Origin: the human T2T-CHM13v2.0 reference genome, Homo sapiens | Assembly: GCF_009914755.1 (NCBI RefSeq) | Contig: NC_060937.1 | Strand: one strand, 5' to 3' | DNA: 64,000 nucleotides | Shown: one piece after another, positions 1-21,902 of the stretch | Numbering within the stretch: the first letter of the stretch is position 1 | Layout of the letters: every line of letters starts with the position of its first letter | Program-made: the position numbers and the translations under genes | Notes under the pieces: model-generated | What the model was told of the DNA's origin: nothing | Seen by the model: only the letters and a program-made list of their open reading frames with translations | The model's database searches: none

Positions 1-39
1 CTGAAGGCCCCTGCTTGCCTTCTGCCCTCTAAACACCAG

Positions 40-470
40 GGGCATGTCCACAAGGATGTCCTACAGGCCTTTCCAACGTGGAATGCCAAAACATAACTGT
101 GTTCCCCACAAATCCTGCAGTTTTTCCAGTGTTTTCTAGCTCCATGTGTTAGATCAGCTTCCATTTCACTATTCAATTTGGGAACCTTGGAATTCTCTGT
201 GGGTGCCTCCTGTCCCGTACTTCCACTTCCAATCACTGACCTACTCTTGTGGCTTTTGTCCCCTCATTTCTGTAATCCCGGCCCCAGTGTGCATCCCCAT
301 CGTTTTACACACATCCTGGCTGATTAGTTCACTGCCTCCTGTCTCTCCTCTTTGCAACTAAGCCCACAAACTCTGGGAAGATCTGATTATGCTTTGTTTA
401 ACAACCCTCAACAGATCATGATGGAATCCTGCTTCTATCCCAGTGCGTTAAGGCCTTTCTGGACACGGAT
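40..470 (+). mobile_element. Degenerate L2 LINE fragment
   Basis: Pyrimidine-rich segments resembling the L2 3' region (ccaatcactgacc...tcttgtggctttt, atctgattatg); recalled consensus, highly diverged. Confidence 0.5.
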
Positions 471-1018
471 GACCTGCACTTCCTCCCAGCTTCCTTGAGG
501 TGCAAAAGGGATGGTGTCACCATTGTTTTCTGGTTTTCATCCAAGTTGATGTGAAGACATTTGCTGGCTCTCTCAGGATATGGTAATCACCATGATGCCC
601 CAAATGAGCTTTCTAACAAATGTGAGGAATCTCAGCTGCCCTTCACTGCCTTAGCACAATCAATTGAGTTCAAGTCAAGCACACACTAAGTAAAAATGGC
701 CTACGTTCTTTCCTTGGCTGGGTTATGAGTTGAGAGCATTGAGAGGCCATTTACTTTATTTGGAAGGCTGATGTCTGGAGGAGAAGAATCTAACATCAAT
801 GACTAGAGACCCTTCAGATTGATTTATAATCTGACTGGTCCTTCCCTTTCTCATACCTAAAAAAATTACCAATTTGCCCCTTGTAGACAGTGTTCGTCCA
901 TCCCTATGTCCGTCACCTTTCATAAGCAAGAGTCAATGATTGTCTCCATTTTGAAGGGAAAACCGAGAGATTTGTTCTGTGCTTTATCCTACTGCATTTC
1001 AGAGAGAGAGAAAAAAAA

Positions 1019-10078
<9,060 letters not shown>

Positions 10079-10475
10079 GTAGGGGAAGCCCGCCTTGGTC
10101 ACTCGTGCCCGGTGGTTGCTAGCCCCAGCAACTGCGTAAACGGGGCTCCCTGGCTCTACCCCTCTCCGTGGCTGCCCTTCTGGGTGCAGCCCAGCCTGGT
10201 CACTGCCCTCCACCAGGAGCCAGGGAACAGGACCCGGGCAGGTACAGCGGTACCACCTGTTCCTTACCATGCAAATTTATTGGTAAAAATGAACTTTTTT
10301 CATTGTTCAGTTTTTCAAACGATAATTTCACTTCATCCTTCTGGCATATTATGCTAGTAGCAATAACTGGCTAGTCCCTACACCTGCCTTGGCGGCAGCG
10401 CATCTCACTTGTGTGAAAGGCCTGCACACTTCAGGTGGATGTAGAACAAGCCCGCCCGCTGGAGGCGCGATCATT

Positions 10476-10495
10476 CACTGCCCCCTAGTGGACCA
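10476..10495 (-). promoter_or_regulatory. CTCF binding motif
   Basis: Minus strand reads TGGTCCACTAGGGGGCAGTG, a full match to the CCRSYAGRKGGCRS core. Confidence 0.75.
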
Positions 10496-10539
10496 GATGT
10501 GCATGAGCCAGGATCCGTGCTTCCGCTTTGATGTGGGCT

Positions 10540-12720
10540 CTGAGCAAATCAGAGCTGCATTTTATTTCAGTAAGTTTTCGGCCTCTGCTGCTTTAATCTT
10601 TGTTGCTAGTGTCTACGGTTCTTAATTAACAGCCCTGAAATGGAATAAAATGTCAATCAAGGGTGACTCTGTGTAAAGCTATATTTAAATGTTAAAAAGT
10701 CGTGACATTTTCAAACAGTATTTCAGGCCTCATTTGATGCTCATTTTAAAAATCAAATTTTCATTAGGTTATAAAAATGCTTAACGTGAACGTCGCATTA
10801 AAGAGCTCATGTTGGCATCTAGCATAGCCTCAGGTTTTGTGTAAGAGAAAAAACGAGTTTATTTATAAAGCAGAAGCACTGACTGCCTGCCTTATCACCT
10901 AATCTGTCACCTAATCACCTTTTGGTTTTCAAGGTTTTCACAATTTGCATGCTTCTTAATTGCCATGTATCCTGGCAATCAGGGGCCCAGTCATACTCAG
11001 CATAAGGAAAGCCACCTCTGCAATACGCTGACAACAGCCAGGGGAACTTGGTTTGTCACCACATGCCACAAAGGCTGTTTTGGTGCGTGACTGTCCTTGG
11101 GGCAGCTTTAGATTTGTAATACCTGGCCCTAGATCATGCAGTTGAAGATCTTTCGATAATATTCACCTGCATTACATTTGACATACTAAGAGAACTGTTT
11201 CTGTAGAAGGTTAAAACACTGACTTTTCTACCCTTTCTGTTTTCTCATTGCCAGGACTTGAACGAATTTGGAACTGTTCCAGAGCTCATTGTTCTCACCT
11301 TGTGGCATAACTTAGGTAGTAGGGCAACTCCCTTACCCTTGCCTGGACTCTTACTATCAAAGCCCTCCATTGATAAGGTCTAGGCCGACCACACCCTAAA
11401 GCATTTCTTGTATGTATGGATTTGTTTCTTACCTATACCTGAAGAATGGCGCTGGTGAGGTACCACCTTTGGGAGAATTGAGAACATCATCCCTTAGGTA
11501 ATTATCTGTGCTTTGTGGTTCAGATGAGTAAACTAAGCCCAGAACAGTTACAAAAGGAATGGCATCCTGGGTGAGATCAGTGAGGGGGATATGCTGTATC
11601 CTCCCGGGGACAGCCTTGTTCATTTAATCCATTCATTTCAGGCTGACTATGGAGTAGACCTAGCCCTGATGATAGGAAACTTCCAAGAGTTGGTGAGAAG
11701 GCTTTGGTGTGTCCACACAGAGCAGAACTGAAATTTTTCCACCCCATGCAGATCAAACACCACAGCAAGTGAAGTGCTTCAGAGTCCTTCCTAAGCAAAC
11801 TGTAGTTTTCCCCAGAATGTCACAGGAAGTGCTGCTGGTGATTCATCAGGTTAAAGTGCTCCTTGTGAGTCAGAAGTAAACGGAAGCTGCTGCTCCGTGT
11901 GGAGGGCGAAGAATCGTGGCTGGCCCTGAGGGTTCCAGGGGTGGGGTGGGGCAGAGCTGCTTACTAAACGCTTAGAACGTTCCGGTAACAACACTCGAAT
12001 GGCTGTTGAACACAGTGAAACCCTTGCCCATGGAAACTTCTTAATAAAAGAATAAAAATAAAATAGGCTTGGAGATACAACTTACCAGAGGGAAACCAAT
12101 CAGTAGAGCTGCATTTCCCGTAAGTCCCCATTGCAGCCCAGGGAAGCCCTCTGGCTGCCTGTTTTTATCAGTCACGCCAAAGGCCCATCGGGTGCCTCCA
12201 GTTTACCTGACTTGGTTTAAATCAGTCAGTTGAACTGGGGCTGAGTGGTCATCTTGTCTACGCCCTAGCCTCTACAGCCACTAACTTCAGGATATCATCT
12301 CTAGCAAAGTCCTCAATCCAAGACTGAACTGAATGCTAGGAGTAGGGAAAAGGGAAGGCAAAGTAGGGTCATGGCTGAAAGCTAAGCATCCATTTTTATC
12401 TACTTGGGGAATTTTTAAATCAACTAGAAATTCAAGATAAAACACATTTGAAATGACTTTAATGTGCGCATTTTTAAAAAAGGGACATAGAACACAACCA
12501 GTATTGCTGCTTTCCACACTGATACTGCTGCCTTATTCCCCTAAGATCACCCACCCCCATCTCTTCGGGTAGGTGTGTGAAGTGACACAGTAGGAAGACG
12601 GGCAGAGAAAGAGCCCCTGTTCCAAGCTGGCCGTCATTCAGCTGAGAAGACGGCTTTCCTGGAGGCTCCACGCACACCATGCCGCCGCACCCTCTCCAGC
12701 TGATCTGTGGCCAAGCTGCC
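10540..12720 (-). ncRNA. Candidate spliced minus-strand transcript; exons ~12720-12555, 12335-12086, 11532-11433, 10634-~10540
   Basis: TATATAAAA on minus strand at 12742-12750; donors GGG|gtgggt, CTG|gtaagt, TAG|gtaaga; acceptors cttttccctactcctag and ttttattccatttcag; AATAAA at 10561-10566. Confidence 0.3.
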
Positions 12721-13829
12721 TCACGGGCAATACCGAGCATGTTTTATATAAGGCTTTCAAAGCTGCTGCTGCTGCTGCTGCCACTCCTGCAGTGGCTATA
12801 ACCTGGCCTTCAATGTCTCTGTCTAGACAGATGCATGATTGAATAAAGGATTCATCCAAGCCCTGTGTCACATTGGCCATCTGGAAAGTCGCCAACCACT
12901 CGTTTAGCAAATTGCTGTGTTTAAATGCAGCTGCTGTGTCTCAATGTTTATGCTACCAAGACAGATCACATGATTCCTCTTCTTTCATTTATCTGCACCG
13001 CTCCTCTTAATCTGCCTAGGAACTTAAAAGGCTGTTAATGCATGACAAGGCACTTGACCCGCGTGATTTCCAAGCCAAGGGGGAGCATCCGTCTTGCACT
13101 GGGTCGTCCTTTCCTCAAACGCAAGGGCACCTTGCCTGTACTCCCGTCTTAATGAAGGCTGCCTTTATTAAGAATCCCATTAAGCTCCACAGTGCCCAGC
13201 CATCCGACACTGTAAATATGACCCTTTAGAAATGCATCCAGGGGCCCTGCGCAAGCAGCTGGCCTGGTAGCGAGCACTTGCCCCAGCAGTCGGGAGGGAA
13301 ACTCAGACCTCAGCTCTCTGTAGAAGGAAGGGCATTGTTTGATGGGTTGATGCTTCTCTCCTTTTTGGAAAGATGAATTACAATCTTTGGCAGATAATGT
13401 CAACAAAACCCCTGAGATGATTTAAATAAGAGTTGGAAGCAAAATGATTTCAGAATAGCAATGAGCTCTTAGGCATTTTACCTTGGTTTTCTTATTTTTA
13501 AGGAGGAAAAGGAAGGAGACAGCCGAGGTTAAGCAGTTTGTCATCTGGATATCACTGGTCACTTTGGCCTGGTGCTGATTGTTATGTTATTTATCAGGGC
13601 AAATAATTTTGGTGACCACTGCTTACATAAATTGCCTGCCTCTTTTGGGGGTGACAACATTATTAAGTCTGGAAGTCAGAAGCCAAAATCAGTGAGTGTT
13701 TATCAAAGGAATATCATGTTCTCAGTCCTTAGCTAGGCCCATTGGAAAAGCAACAAAATAGCACAATAAATGATCTGTGCCATTAAATCCTATCAGGAGA
13801 CGAAAAGAAACAAATACAGGAGAATCTAG

Positions 13830-13985
13830 CACAGTGAGGAGTGAGGATGTGGTCTTCGGAACCAAATCCCAGATGCAATTCTGGGGTGTTCACCTTGTGA
13901 GCCTCAGTTTCCTCACTGGCAAGAACAGGTGGACATATCTCTCTCCAAGTTATTTTCAGGAGTGATTGAATCAGTCTTTACAACA
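13830..13985 (+). mobile_element. MIR fragment
   Basis: gagcctcagtttcctcact core. Confidence 0.6.
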
Positions 13986-14059
13986 GTAAGAACCCAGTGT
14001 ATTCTATTAGTGGTAGTCAGAGGGTGTGGGATCTTGACTGTAAATGCTAGAGGAATTCA

Positions 14060-15170
14060 GAGGAAATAAAGAACATTTTGGACTGAGTACATAAGACCAT
14101 CTTTATGGGTCAGCTTGATCCTGAAGAAGCAAAGTCTGGGGAGGGAAAGTGTATCTGATAAATGGAACAATGTGAGCAAGACACAGAGATGGCAGGCAGA
14201 GAAGAGGTGGGGCCACTGGGTGGACTAAAGGAAAGAGCTCTCATTTTTGTGTGGGGGGGTGGAAATGTTGAATGAATGACAGGCCCCATGCATGGAAGGC
14301 TTTGAAAGTCAAGCTGAGTGATAGCCATGGGTTGGAAAGATTTACCTGGTGTCAGTGAACAGGGTGGTTCCCTGGAGAAATGTGGGCTGGGAGATGGGCT
14401 CAAAGGCTAGATACTATTCCAGGCTGACGGATGAGGGGTCAGTGGAGTGGCAGTGGGGTGGATGGAATGGAATAAAGCTGGCATTTCCTTCCATGCTCAA
14501 CAGACCTGGTGACTCCATGAACACTGGGCAGGAGAGAGAAGGAAAAGGAAAGAGGAAATGGTTTTACAGAGCACCTTTTCCATGCCAGACACTAGGCTAG
14601 ATACATTCCAATCATTCTTATCGAGCTCCAAGCATAAGATCCCAGTGCCAGCATACCAAGACAATGGAGGGCGCTGCAAGCAAATGGAGCTGCTCAGCTT
14701 CCTGGCAGGCCAAGCTAAGGCCTAAGGTTTGATGCTGTGTATGTTGAGAGTGAGATGGCTTTAGAACAGCCAAGGTCCCCCAAGTGCAAGGGTCCTGTTG
14801 GAAGCTGCAAGTCTCGGTTTGGGATTCAGGAAGAGATGTAGTCATGAATATCATTGGCTTAGGGAAGACTGCTCAGCAGTAAGACTCGAAGAGCACTGGA
14901 GGGAGGAAGTGTTGGGGTAACAGAGAGGAAAGGAGCCAGCAGAAGCCAAGGGAGAAGGGATGTCTGGAGGGAAGAGGTGATTAGCAGCTGAACATCCAGG
15001 GAGCTCGAGGAAGAAGAGAGACTGAGAAAACCCCATGCGATTTATTAGAAATGGAACTAGTGGTGAGAAAAATGTCAGTGGAGGATCAGGGAGAGAAGTC
15101 AGATTGCCGGGCTCTAATGAGGGAGTGTGGAGTGAGAAAATGACACGTTAGCTAAGGAAGAGAGACATGG
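14060..15170 (-). mobile_element. L2 fragments with an embedded MIR (~14560-14700)
   Basis: Purine-rich L2-like segments (gatttattagaaatggaact...gagaagtcagattgc); ccatgccagacactaggctag...cattc. Confidence 0.55.
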
Positions 15171-15489
15171 AGGGAAGGGAACAGTATATGCTGACTTTGT
15201 GAAATTAAATGAGCTTCTAAATGGTGCTATAATGGCATGAAAAAGTGACAGAACCCAATGATGCTGATGCAATTCCCATTAATAGATTATGCACTGGAAA
15301 AATCTTGTATAAGACACACTTGACACAGAATTTTTGGTGTATGTCATACTGAGGTTAAAAAAAAAAAAAGCAGCAGGCTGAGATTTTATTTGTACCCAGA
15401 CTGCGATAATTTGGCAGGAAAATGACATGACCTACTGTGAACTCAACTAACACCATAGCTTGTTCCAGTGCTGATGGACCTGAGCTTGA

Positions 15490-15700
15490 AGACCACACGA
15501 GGTTTAGCAAGCCTAGCTCTGCTACTCATGACTTCTGTTCCCTTGGGCACATCATTCAACCTCTTTCTGCCTCAGTCTCCTCACCTGTAAAATGGAAATC
15601 ATAAAATTACCGACTCCACAGGATTATTGTGAGGATTTAATGAAATAACACATGCAAAGCATTTAGTTAGTTCAGAGCCAGTGCCTGGCACTTATTCAGG
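15490..15700 (+). mobile_element. MIR
   Basis: gcctcagtctcctcacctgtaaaatgg...gtgaggatttaatgaaataacacatgcaaagc...gtgcctggcac. Confidence 0.88.
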
Positions 15701-16454
15701 GATATAGTCTCCAGTGACATTGATACCAAAAAAATACTATGATAGCTCCTACCAACAAATTAGCGGAATTTATTTCACATCCGAGACAGCAAGTTTTGCA
15801 ATTATACACAACTTGATATTATACTAGTGTTTCCTTCCATATCAAACGCTGTTCCAAGTGCAGATTGCTGCAAGGAATGCGCTGGAGTGATCAAGATCCT
15901 CCAAGAGCACTGCCGCATGCACCAGAGACCTCCCCGGGGCCCTGGGTCCTGGCATTTGGACAGTGCAATCTGGCCAAGCTCATGTCCACTCAAGGTTATG
16001 GCAGCTCCAGTGTCTCTTGAATGTGAAAGCCCATCTGTCTGGGGAGAAACAGAGAAGACTGGAAAACTCTCCACTCCCTTTTACACAGAAAAATATTGCT
16101 TGTTGTTTCTACTGAGAGAGGACAAGATTTTAGTGTGTGGGAAATAAATGGAATATGTTGTGTTTTTACTTCTGCAAGAAATTTATTTTTCTTTTGTTTT
16201 TTAAATTGTGTTGCAGGGATGTGTGACCGTTCTGCTTCTGCCATCTGTAAGTGAACTATTAAGGTAAATATTGAAATTTAAATATAATTTTGAAAGAAGA
16301 GGAATAGCACTTTTTTAAAGCAAGGACATAATCACTTTATGTAACTGTTGCCATGGGGTAAAGGAATAAACTAGCAAATGTTCTCAAGATGGTTTAGGAT
16401 TGGGATTTGCTTTTTCTTCTCCTTTCTAATTTTCTCGGATTGTAACATTACATT

Positions 16455-16473
16455 CGCTCCCCCTGGTGTGTCC
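16455..16473 (-). promoter_or_regulatory. Probable CTCF motif
   Basis: Minus strand GGACACACCAGGGGGAGCG, two mismatches to the core. Confidence 0.45.
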
Positions 16474-16685
16474 ATTTCCCAGCTTTGCTCCGATATTCTT
16501 CTCTCATGGTGCAATACCATTGTGGACCTCCAGAGTTGGTGCATTTAGTGCAACAGAGCATTCTGCCTGGTTCAGGGGATAGAGGAATGAAACCTAAACT
16601 AGTCATAGCAAATGTCAGGATGAACATTTCAGCTAAACATAAAATGTTAAGAGAATCAGATATAACATATTAGTATGAATCAGTC

Positions 16686-17048
16686 TGTATTAGTCAGGGC
16701 AGGCAAACTGCTATAATGAATAACTCCCAAGTTTAGTGGCTTCTCACAATAGAAATTCACTTTCTGCTTATGTAACAGCTCCTTGCATGCATTTGGTGGG
16801 TGACTCGGGGACCCAGGCTCCCCCCTAGGGCTTTGGGTCCTCTGCAGCGGGCAGCATTCTGGGGAAGAGATGGAGTGGGTGGTCATTCAGGGTGATTTTA
16901 TGTGCTATGCCTTCAGTGCTGTGTGTCACTTCTGCTCATACTCCAGAAGTCAGTCACATGGCCACCATAATTGCCACAGAAGCTGGGGAAGTTGAACAGC
17001 ACAGAAAGGGAAATGGGTTTGATAAATAATTTGCCAGTCTTTGCCACA
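16686..17048 (-). mobile_element. MLT1 (J/K-like) MaLR LTR
   Basis: tgtattagtcaggg start; gtcacttctgctcata...agtcacatggcc; ends tgccaca. Confidence 0.75.
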
Positions 17049-17193
17049 TAACCTAAAAAATAAAGTATCAAGGAAACAATACAATATATGTCCCCTGGGA
17101 ATTTTTGCTGATGATGTGAAAACCCCTTTGTCATCAGAGAATTCTCTTATTCTCTTTTCCTGTTGCCTCTCCCTTTTGTTTTATTTCTTTCTC

Positions 17194-17717
<524 letters not shown>

Positions 17718-19359
17718 TGATCACAGGACACAGCCTCCTTCTGTAATGCTCCTTCTCGGCACCTCCCAAGGCCTTTCTCAGTCACCCACTCATGGTCAGG
17801 TTTTGTAGATATGTCTCATCTTTTCAACAGATCTTACATTGCTAGAGAGAAGAGCACCTCGTATCTCGGAGACACGCACCTCTTCATTGCTAGGGGCAAT
17901 GAGAGAGAGTGAGAGGACATGCCTAGGAGCCCGAAGCTCCGCTTCCTGCCCAAAGGCTCCCTGCAGCTTGGCTTTAGCTCCGTCCTCACCTCTGCCTCCA
18001 CGTCCTCCCTCATAATCCTAAGACACTAGTTCCTGCACCAGCTTTCCTCCCAGAGAGCCTTGAGGTGCGAATGAAGTGATTCAGATGTATCCAGAAGAAG
18101 TCCCCCAGCTCACTCACCAGGAGGCGATGTGCAGAGTGTCCTTAGGACAGGGCTCAGGAGGCAAACCAGCACCTGCAGGATCCCACAGATCCTGCAGGAG
18201 CTAGCGGTAAAGAAGTGGCTCCCTGTGTGCTTCTTAGAAACTAGAGGCGTTTTCCTGAAATGAATAGGAAAGGGTAAGGAATAAACATCCTTGGATTTTG
18301 GCTTTGAAGTTAGCAAAATAATACCTTTTTCAAACAAAAAGGCAAGACTGGCTAAAATCACTTTGTGATGGCAGTTCAAGGGCGGCTTAAAATAGCATCT
18401 CGCTGCCCTCAAGGCAAGTGCAGCTGTACTGCTCAGGATCACGAGAAGCTCACTTGCCAGCCTCCTTGCCAGCTCCTGCTTTTGCTTGGGACTCTGTGTG
18501 CACCCCTGGAATGAGCTAGCTGAGAGAAAACCCCGAAGGCCTTAGAGAACCCCTGAATGGAGGGGCCTGGGAGCACCCCATGTGGATAAGGCTGCTCTGG
18601 GATGCAGGCCCATGTGGAGCCTGGGCAGGAGTGTGACCTCCTTCAGCTTCAGCTTCCCTGGGAACAACGCAAGCTGCCTCCTGGAGATGCTGAAAGGATC
18701 TAATTGTTCATACCGAGGGCCAACGCTGCACATCGAATATAAATATAAATACCGATTCACCCACTATGGTCTGTGGATGAGGAGACCCGGGATTCTTCTA
18801 AATAGAACGATCTTTGGTTTATTTTAAGTTTCTGGGTAAAATTTAAAGTGTGATTTTTGAAACGTCTCATTTCCCTTAAAGGGAGGGAATGAGTCCCTTT
18901 GGAGAACAGCGGATTGAAATTCAAATGCCTCTTGCTCTTTTACATCATCTGGAAGATGTCAGGAAAAGGTGTGACGCACTCCCTTCTCAGCCCCAACACA
19001 TTTGTTCTGAAGGTGACAGGTGCATGGTTTTACAGGCTGGGGCATCCACGGGGATGTTTGCAGGTGCCCTGGGAATTGGTGTGAGAGCCACACAACAAGT
19101 GACCATACAGGCTGGGATCAGGAGTGACTCACCTCTGATTTCGTCTCGGGAGGGAGCTGACACTCTTGTCAAGCTGTTGGCCAGTGGCCACGGATTTCAG
19201 CAGAGGCATCAGCAGGTCATCTGTGGTGGCTGTGGGCCTTGGCCAGGAATGGGAGGGCCAGACACACGCTAAGACAGTGAAGCGCCAAGGCCAGGCTTGC
19301 CCCTGGCGGAATTCTCATAGGCTTCTTGCTTTCATAGAGCTAAGTTCACAGACACAGCT

Positions 19360-21902
19360 ACCCACAGGCAGAGCACACAGAAAAGCCACAGAAGTCATTT
19401 CCCAGGTACACAGACCACCTTCCCAGGCACTTGTCCACAGGGCAGACCCACAGACAACCAGAAACACCCCACAAAAAATCCCCAAACCCAAATGCATAGA
19501 CCCTCACAGATGCCCCACAGGCATCCCATGAATATCTGCACACCCACTTTATAGAAACTCTAGACTCACTTCAAAGACACCCAACAGATGCCCCACAATC
19601 ACCCTCACCAACACAACTCACAAACCACACACACCACCACAGACATCCACAAGATCCCCACTGACACCCACACAGACACCTTCACAGGTACCCCAAACAT
19701 ACCCCAAAATATCTCAAAGTACACCTAACACCCTGGCAGACACCTCAACACATCCTCCACAGATCCTCTTGTGTCACTTGCCCCAGCTCATCTCCTCACG
19801 TCACTCCACAAAACCCACCACAAAACAGATACCCCTCCAAAGCAACCCACACGCCTCCACCACACCCCACATACCCTCACAGTGCCAGGTACACAAATAT
19901 GCACCTGCACACAAACTCAGACCCCATGTGCACACACGGAGTCACCTATACAGATCCCCTGGGCACATACACACAGCCAACCAAATAGATCCACTGTGCA
20001 CATGCACACACACTCACAGACCCCCTGTGCGCACACACAGTCACCCACACCGACCCACTGTGCACACATGCACATAATCACCCACACAGACCCCCGTGCA
20101 CGCACACACACAGACCCCCCACACACATACACAGTCACCCACACAGACCCCCTGTACACACACACACACAGACCCCCCATACACACATACAAAGTCACCC
20201 ACACAGACCCCCTGTGCACACACACACACAGACCCCCTACACACAGTCACGCACACAGACCCCCATGCACACACACACACAGACCCCCTACACTCATACA
20301 CAGTCACCCACACAGACCCCCTGTGCACAACACACACAGACCCCCCTACACACATACACAGTCACCCACACAGACCCCCTGTGCATGCACACACACACAG
20401 ACCCCCCTACACACATACACAGTCACCCACACAGATCCCCTGTGCACGCACACACACAGACCCCCATGCACACACACAGTCACCCACACAGACCCCCATG
20501 CACACACACAGACACCCACACAGACCCCTGTGCAGACACACAGTCACCCACAAAGGTTCCTTGTGCACACACACACAGTCACCCACACAGTTTCCTTGTG
20601 CACACACACACAATCATCCACATAGACCCCCGTGCACACACATGCAGTCATCCATAAAGGTCCCTTGTGCACACACACAATCACCCACACAGATCCACTG
20701 TGCACACATGCACATAGTCACTCACACAGACCCCCTGTGCACGCACACGCACAGACCCCCATACACCATCACACACACAGACCCCCTGTGCACATGCATA
20801 CACACACAGACCCCCATACACACACACAGTCACCTACTCAGACCCCCTGTGCACACACACTTGCCCACAGAGATTCTCTGTGCACACACACACAGAGTCA
20901 CCCACACAGACCTGGGCACACACACTCGTGTACACACACAGTCACCCACATACACACCCTGTGCATACACACACAGAGACCCCCTGTGTGCACAAACACG
21001 CACAGAGCCCCGTGCACACACACACACAGATCCCCTGTGCACACACACAGAGACCCCCTGTGCACACACGCATCATCACCCACACAGATCTGTGCACACA
21101 CACAGTCCCCCACACAAATCCCTGTGCACACGCACAGACCCCCTGTGCGCACACACACAGTCACCCACACTGACCCACTGTGCACACATGCACATAATCA
21201 CCCACACAGACCCCTGTGCATGCACACACACAGACCCCCCTACACACATACACGGTTACCCACACAGACCCCCTGTGCAAGCACACACACAGACCCCCCT
21301 ACACACATACACAGTCACCCACACAGACCCCCTGTGCACACACACAGACCCCCCTACACACATAGTCACCCACACAGACCCCCTGTGCACACAGTCACCC
21401 ACACAGACCCACGGTGCACACACACACACAGACCCCCCTACACACATAGTCACCCACACAGACCCCCTGTGCACACACACAGTCACCCACACAGAACCAT
21501 TGTGTACACACACACAGACCCCCTGTGCGCATACACAGTCATCCACACAGACCCCCCTGTGCGCACACACACACACAGACCCCCTGTGCGCACACACACC
21601 CACACAGACCCCCTGTGCACACACACAGTCACACACAGTCACCCACACAGATCCCCCGTGCACACACACTTGCCCACACAGATTTCCTGTGCACACATAC
21701 AGTCACCCACACAGACCCCCTGTGCACACACACACCCATGTACACACACAGTCACCCACACACACACCCTGTGCATACACACACAATCACCCACACAGAC
21801 CCCACGTGTGCACACATACACATAGACCCCCTGTGCACATACATACATAGACCCCCTGTGCACACACACACAGTCACCCACACAGACCCCTATGCACACA
21901 CA
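19360..21902. repeat. CA-rich compound minisatellite (degenerate 19360-19990, structured 19990-21902)
   Basis: Recurring units CAGTCACCCACACAGACCCCCTGTG(CA)n and CAGACCCCCTACACACATA. Confidence 0.95.

Noticed and set aside
19990-21902. CRISPR-like repeat/spacer appearance
   Set aside because: Intervening sequences are variants of the same unit, not unique spacers; eukaryotic context with no cas genes
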